In this document: piece by piece, positions 15,330-16,606 of the stretch
Layout of the letters: each line of letters begins with the position of its first letter
How positions within the stretch are numbered: the stretch's first letter is position 1
DNA from: Thermodesulfobacteriota bacterium
Lineage (GTDB): Bacteria > Desulfobacterota_D > UBA1144 > Nemesobacterales > N074bin48
Assembly (NCBI GenBank): GCA_041572575.1
Contig: JBFFSH010000056.1
Coordinates: forward strand, 1-16,606
DNA: 16,606 nucleotides
Direction: 5' to 3'
The notes under the pieces: generated by a model
Told to the model about the DNA's origin: nothing
Seen by the model: the letters and a program-made list of their open reading frames with translations, nothing else
The model's database searches: none
Made by a program: the position numbers and the translations under genes

Positions 15330-15707
15330 TTAAGGTTTAAATATCTTTAATTTTAAGTCTTTTATAGGTTTGAAATGTTTTGCGTTGCTTGTAGCAAGAA
15401 CCATATTATTCTCTGTAGCTGTCGCAGCTATTATTGCATCTGCTGCACGCAAACCTGAAGATAGTGTATATTCCTCAGTATATATGGATGCTCGATGACC
15501 AATATTTTCTGTGAGGGGAAGTACCTGGAAATCATATGTATAAAGGAAATCTTTAGAGTAATTTATTTGTGCTTTGTTTTTAGCACACTGAATAAGTTCC
15601 ATATAGGATTGGATGGACAGGAATCTTTCAACGGAATCATTAATTAGTTTTGCAGCTTTATTGTTTCCCCTTTGGACCCAAATTAATATATCAGTATCAA
15701 ACAACAT
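15330..15707 (-). CDS. vapC: Type II TA toxin, VapC (PIN domain ribonuclease)
   Basis: FDTDILI, SIQSYMEL, ADAIIAATA, LATSNAKHF: PIN acidic residues; 11-nt overlap with the upstream antitoxin. Confidence 0.92.
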   Translation of the reverse strand: MLFDTDILIWVQRGNNKAAKLINDSVERFLSIQSYMELIQCAKNKAQINYSKDFLYTYDFQVLPLTENIGHRASIYTEEYTLSSGLRAADAIIAATATENNMVLATSNAKHFKPIKDLKLKIFKP

Positions 15708-15936
15708 CTATTCTAGATTCCCTTAGTTCTTTCATAGTCTTACCAATAGATTTCTTATCTGCTTTATTCATGCCAAAAAATGGGTGTTTGGTAATATCTT
15801 TTTTGTCTTTACTGTGGATGGGTATAATCAACCCCTTTTTTTTACCATGATATAAGATTGTAACAGTTTCTTTTCTGTCCAGTGCTTTGATTACTTCTTT
15901 CATCTTGTATCTAAGATCAACTATTGATGCTTTCAT
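15697..15936 (-). CDS. Type II TA antitoxin, Phd/YefM family
   Basis: Start reassigned to ATG 15936 (79 aa; SD GAGGG, 7-nt spacing); MKASIVDLRYKMKEVIKALDRKETVTILYHGK matches the Phd/YefM N-terminal pattern. Confidence 0.88.
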   Translation of the reverse strand: MKASIVDLRYKMKEVIKALDRKETVTILYHGKKKGLIIPIHSKDKKDITKHPFFGMNKADKKSIGKTMKELRESRIDVV

Positions 15937-15951
15937 AATATATCCCTCAAT

Positions 15952-15993
15952 AATGTATGTTGGTATTATACATTTATCAATCACTGCTTTCAA
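15952..15993 (-). promoter_or_regulatory. TA operon promoter with overlapping inverted-repeat operator
   Basis: Minus strand TTGAAA (15988-15993), 17 nt, TATAAT (15965-15970); inverted repeat AATGTAT-N9-ATACATT (15952-15974) overlapping the -10 and +1. Confidence 0.75.
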
Positions 15994-16112
15994 GCCATAT
16001 TTCTGTTCAATCTGTGGATAAACAGTTTCAATCTAAATTGAGTGATGTATTGTATATTGTAAGATTTATATTGCATTTAAACTCAAAATCAGTAAGTTAT
16101 ACCCCTTAAGTC

Positions 16113-16606
16113 ATGAGATATTCACAATATTTTTTACCAACTCTTAAAGAAACACCTGCTGATGCAGAGGTTGTAAGTCACCAACTTATGGTAAGGGCAG
16201 GGATGCTCAGGAAAGTTGCAGCGGGTATATATGACTACCTCCCACTTGGGCTACGCTCGATAAGAAAATTTGAAGAGATAGTGCGTGAGGAGATGAACAG
16301 GGCTGGGGCTATTGAACTTCTAATGCCGGCGGTACTTCCCGCAGAACACTGGAAAGAGAGCGGCAGATGGGATGTCTATGGTAAAGAATTGCTAAGGTTT
16401 ACAGACCGTGCAGAGAGGGAGTTTTGCATTGGGCCTACTCATGAAGAGATTATTACCGATGTTGTTAGAAGAGAAGTAAAGTCTTACAAGCAGTTGCCTG
16501 TAAACCTGTATCAGATTCAGACCAAGTTTCGTGACGAGATACGTCCACGTTTTGGAGTCATGCGCGCAAGAGAGTTCATCATGAAAGACGCATACAGCTT
16601 TGATGC
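16113..16606 (+). CDS. proS: Proline--tRNA ligase (5' part, truncated by window end; not in ORF track)
   Basis: Manual translation [31 protein letters not shown]...ESGRW...GPTHEE...[31 protein letters not shown], typical of bacterial-type ProRS. Confidence 0.97.
   Translation, partial: MRYSQYFLPTLKETPADAEVVSHQLMVRAGMLRKVAAGIYDYLPLGLRSIRKFEEIVREEMNRAGAIELLMPAVLPAEHWKESGRWDVYGKELLRFTDRAEREFCIGPTHEEIITDVVRREVKSYKQLPVNLYQIQTKFRDEIRPRFGVMRAREFIMKDAYSFD

Noticed and set aside
15650..15850. 66-aa + strand ORF over the TA genes
   Set aside because: Antisense shadow of the antitoxin/toxin with no motif or RBS.
15937..15993. N-terminal extension of the antitoxin ORF
   Set aside because: This stretch is the promoter, operator and SD; Phd/YefM similarity begins at ATG 15936.
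15994..16112. T-box leader for proS, or a replication origin
   Set aside because: Spacer is only about 120 nt with no T-box consensus or terminator; only one DnaA box and no dnaA/dnaN nearby.
1..16606. CRISPR array, IS element, prophage, retron or other multi-gene defence system
   Set aside because: No regularly spaced repeats, and no transposase, integrase, reverse transcriptase or phage genes were seen by eye; the only defence-like element is the type II TA pair.

Overview
AT-rich, densely packed bacterial chromosomal segment, mostly housekeeping. Gene content (LPS heptose enzyme HldE, PilW/Tgl-like lipoprotein, DUF1844, ispG...proS) suggests a diderm, possibly deltaproteobacteria-like (inference only). 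Order: tRNA-Glu/tRNA-Lys (-); MFS transporter, trmI, thermonuclease, rsmG (+); secreted c-type cytochrome (-); mtnP, PfkB kinase, TPR lipoprotein, phasin-like protein (+); hldE (-); PHP-family tyrosine phosphatase (+); DUF1844, class II DnaJ/CbpA, mrp, DUF59/SufT (-); ispG (+); an apparently accessory block with a 54-aa membrane ORF missing from the ORF track (-), a PA0069-type radical SAM gene broken by one in-frame TAA (+) and a Phd/YefM-VapC toxin-antitoxin pair (-); and the 5' part of proS (+). I see no CRISPR array, transposase, integrase or phage gene, and I cannot support a clearly novel multi-gene system. The best leads are the ispG-proS accessory block, the two-domain cytochrome c and the phasin/histone-like protein.
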